Origin: an uncultured virus (IMG/VR IMGVR_UViG_3300023205_000110)
Taxonomy: Duplodnaviria > Heunggongvirae > Uroviricota > Caudoviricetes > Crassvirales
Virus record (IMG/VR): IMGVR_UViG_3300023205_000110
DNA: 64,000 nt
Reading direction: 5' to 3' (one strand)
Position numbers and translations under genes: made by a program. Each line of letters begins with the position of its first letter. Positions within the stretch are counted from its first letter, which is position 1. Under the pieces are notes generated by a model. That model was not told the DNA's origin and did not search any database. It saw nothing but the letters and a program-made list of their open reading frames with translations. Below are positions 61,187 through 64,000 of this stretch, piece after piece.

Positions 61187-63598
61187 TTAGTTACTTTTAC
61201 TATCATAACGATTTTTATTCGTTTTTGCAATCTTAACTTTATCATCACTTTCTTTAAGTTTAACAGCTAATTCTTTTTCTTTAAGTTGTGCTTCAACAGA
61301 AGTCTTTTGAGCATCTAAACTAAGTTTACTACGTTCAAGATTAAGTCTAGCATTTTCCATACGTTCTTCAGCTTGACTCTTTTCAGCATCACTAAGACCA
61401 TTATCAAAACTCATAATATTAGCATTTGCTTTCATAGCTTCAATTTGACCATCAAGATATTTTTCAACTCTAATAGTTTCTCTATCTTGTTCTGCTTTTC
61501 TATCAATCTTAGCAAGTTCAAATTCTTGACGAAGTTGTTCTATTTGTTGAGAAACACGTTCAACATCAAGTTCATGTTCACGTTGAATGTTTTGATACTT
61601 ATCAATAAGCTTACTAATTTGAGCAACATTATCTCCACGTATAGCAGCATTAGCCATATCCATATTACCATTCTGAGCAGCACTAAATGCAAGTTGTTTA
61701 TATTGTTCAAGTTTCTCGCGTTCTTTAACAGAAGTTTTACAAGTAACAATATAATTGGCAAATATATGACTATTAACATCAAGACTTAAATATCTAATAT
61801 CACCATCTTTAGTTTTATAAGAAGTATTAAGACCATCAATCCAAGCAAGTTTAGTATAATCCATTTCAGCTTGATAATCTCGTTCTCTCATTTTATCAAA
61901 TATAAATTCAATAATAACAGAACCCATACTTCCACGAATAACTGCTTCATCAGTAACTCCTTTACCAGCACTATTAGCAATCTCACCATAACGTTGTGGA
62001 GTCATATCACATTCCATTTTAGCAGTCTGTTCAATCCCTTGAATAAGTTGCCCAAGTTCCGTAATATAATTATTCATACGACTTTCAAGATAACGAACAT
62101 TTTGTGCTTTAACTAAATTAGCATCATCTTCATCATCAATATAAAGTACACCATCAGCAGCCATACGATATATAGTTTCAGCAGGTTTTTTACCAAGAAG
62201 AGATTTAGCAATCATAAGAACATTCATCTTATTTTTAGCAATAGCCATTTCTCTATGATAAGAAACTATATTACGAAATACTTGATAAGGAATAACTGTA
62301 TCTACAACACTAAATCTTCCAAAACCAGGCAAAAGTTCTGCAATACCATTATAAGGAAGTTTACCATTCCTATTGTAAGCAATAGGACGAGCCTTATAAG
62401 GATATATACTTGTAGCACGAGAGCCAATTCTAACGCTCTCATAAACTTGTGGACGCCACACCCATTCAATACTAATATCACCACCAGCAGGGTTAAGCTG
62501 ATAAGTTTCATCAACAATTCTTGTTGTAACAAATGCTCCATTACTATATGTAAGAATACCTTCTTTTATTTCACCTCTCCAAACAGTATGCCAAACTTCA
62601 AATAAACCATTATTAGCATCACGAGCCATTATATTAGTGTTCTTAATATGTTGCAAATCATCTTTATTAAATTTACTACATATATCACCAAAATAATACA
62701 TATATTTATCCCAATTTAAAAGTGCTTTATCGCTAGAAGTAGTAGCACTATATTGATAATATGTATCAAGAGCTTCACGTTCTTTTTCAGAAAGATATTC
62801 ATAAAATTCATCTATAATTTGTTGTTTAGTTAACATACGACGTTCAGCAAACATATCATAATCTTCTGCAAACATACTATCGTTAGGAACAGGAAAAGCA
62901 TCTCTAACACTAACAACACGTTTAATTAATTGACTACCTACAACATCTCTATATGTATAACAAGCTCCAAAAGCAACAAATTCAAAATAAGCTCTAGCGT
63001 ATATAGTAAAAGCATCAGTAAGGTCATCAATAACATTAATTAAATCTTGTCCTTGTGCACTAATATCATCAATAAAATTTTCATTAAATTCTTTAATAAA
63101 AGCTTCAATATCAACAGCTTGTTCAGGATTAAATTGTTCAGGATTATTACCTTCATTAACAAACTGCATATAACTTTCTTGTATTTTCTTAGCAACAGCT
63201 TGTTCTGCAAGCATCATAATTTGTTTACCAAGTTCAGCATCTCTAGCAAATACAACTTCTGGATTATTAGCTCCAACAATAAAATCATGCGGATTTTTAA
63301 TATATTCACCAATATATCTTCTAATAATACCTTTCATCATATCATAATTACGCATAGTAGCTGGAAAACGAGTAAGATTTTCATCTTTCTCATTATAAGG
63401 ATTAAGAGTTTTTCTATAATATTCTCTAGGAATATTGCCAAGAAGAATATTAAACTTTTCTTCTACATTAAAATCAGCTTTACAAGCAATACCAGCTTCT
63501 ATAACATAATCACAACATTTAGCATACCAATCAACTTCTTGTTTTTCAGCATAACTAACGTGCTGATTAGGAAAATCAAGTCTACCAAAATTATACAT
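61187..63598 (-). CDS. portal protein
   Basis: 803 aa, follows the terminase, C-terminal coiled coil, crAss portal-like motifs (FPATMRNYD, KLPYNG, QRYGEI). Confidence 0.85.
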   Translation of the reverse strand: MYNFGRLDFPNQHVSYAEKQEVDWYAKCCDYVIEAGIACKADFNVEEKFNILLGNIPREYYRKTLNPYNEKDENLTRFPATMRNYDMMKGIIRRYIGEYIKNPHDFIVGANNPEVVFARDAELGKQIMMLAEQAVAKKIQESYMQFVNEGNNPEQFNPEQAVDIEAFIKEFNENFIDDISAQGQDLINVIDDLTDAFTIYARAYFEFVAFGACYTYRDVVGSQLIKRVVSVRDAFPVPNDSMFAEDYDMFAERRMLTKQQIIDEFYEYLSEKEREALDTYYQYSATTSSDKALLNWDKYMYYFGDICSKFNKDDLQHIKNTNIMARDANNGLFEVWHTVWRGEIKEGILTYSNGAFVTTRIVDETYQLNPAGGDISIEWVWRPQVYESVRIGSRATSIYPYKARPIAYNRNGKLPYNGIAELLPGFGRFSVVDTVIPYQVFRNIVSYHREMAIAKNKMNVLMIAKSLLGKKPAETIYRMAADGVLYIDDEDDANLVKAQNVRYLESRMNNYITELGQLIQGIEQTAKMECDMTPQRYGEIANSAGKGVTDEAVIRGSMGSVIIEFIFDKMRERDYQAEMDYTKLAWIDGLNTSYKTKDGDIRYLSLDVNSHIFANYIVTCKTSVKEREKLEQYKQLAFSAAQNGNMDMANAAIRGDNVAQISKLIDKYQNIQREHELDVERVSQQIEQLRQEFELAKIDRKAEQDRETIRVEKYLDGQIEAMKANANIMSFDNGLSDAEKSQAEERMENARLNLERSKLSLDAQKTSVEAQLKEKELAVKLKESDDKVKIAKTNKNRYDSKSN

Positions 63599-63616
63599 AT
63601 CTTTATCTATTTAATC

Positions 63617-64000
63617 TTAAAACCATTGTCTATTAAAAATATCTGTTTTATCATTATCTTCTGTAACTTTCTTACGACTAGCAAGTTCTCGTTTACCTTT
63701 AATATCAATAGACTTCCAATATATACCTAAAAGTATAAGACTAGATATACGGTCAAAATTACCTTCGGCATTAAACTTTTTAAGTTCAAGAATTGTTTGA
63801 TAATCAAGAAATCTTTCAAAAACATAAATATCTTCTCCAAATTCATTCTTACCAATAACTTCATATAAGAACTCTTTAAGAAGTCGAAGACCATCTAGTT
63901 TCTTAGGACCACTACCAATATTATAACCATAACTAGTACTAACTTTTTCTTTAACAGTAGAATCCCAAACATATAAAGGTTCATAACCTAGATATTTAGT
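63617..64000 (-). CDS. terminase large subunit, C-terminal part
   Basis: Open frame from the window edge: ...ILELKKFNAEGNFDRISSLI...RQWF*; nuclease-domain GNFDR motif, directly upstream of the portal. Confidence 0.8.
   Translation of the reverse strand, partial: TKYLGYEPLYVWDSTVKEKVSTSYGYNIGSGPKKLDGLRLLKEFLYEVIGKNEFGEDIYVFERFLDYQTILELKKFNAEGNFDRISSLILLGIYWKSIDIKGKRELASRKKVTEDNDKTDIFNRQWF

Noticed and set aside
4951..63598. Stop-codon reassignment as in some crAss-like phages
   Set aside because: Genes up to 4070 aa are uninterrupted in the standard code, and TAG and TGA both end well-packed genes (1884, 17294, 28424; 1618, 2607).
5106..63730. Many antisense or alternate-frame ORFs in the track (e.g. 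11932..12501, 35449..36000, 58144..58683, 63047..63730)
   Set aside because: Ile/Phe/Ser/Leu-rich shadows of the real genes' codon bias, with no motifs.
1..64000. tRNA/rRNA genes, introns, inteins, integrase
   Set aside because: No cloverleaf, split gene, intein or recombinase motif recognised by eye; tRNAscan-SE and Infernal were not run.

Overview
AT-rich (~30% GC, estimated by eye) dsDNA phage segment with the gene content and order of a crAssphage-type gut phage (Crassvirales, Bacteroidota host). Bases 1-4.9 kb are the end of a plus-strand replication/metabolism block: DUF932, dUTPase, thioredoxin-like genes, a gp49/gp66-family protein and RepL. Bases 4.95-64 kb are the convergent minus-strand virion block: terminase C-terminus, portal, scaffold-like protein, major capsid, ring/tail proteins, tail fibres (including a BACON-repeat protein), muzzle, ejected cargo proteins and a 4070-aa virion RNA polymerase. 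Main signals not explained by the gene map: (1) a GC-rich motif, AC(T/C)CCCCGT(A/G)GAGGATGG, in 19 copies on both strands and in five reading frames, so conserved as DNA; four copies carry GNA/GAAA mini-hairpins and one inverted pair flanks an AT-rich spacer near repL; (2) a diversity-generating retroelement TR/VR pair with 21 of 21 mismatches at adenines but no reverse transcriptase in the window; (3) a second family of structured intergenic elements; (4) apparent GATC avoidance and short patches of atypical codon usage. Products were assigned from motifs and recalled synteny only; no searches were run.
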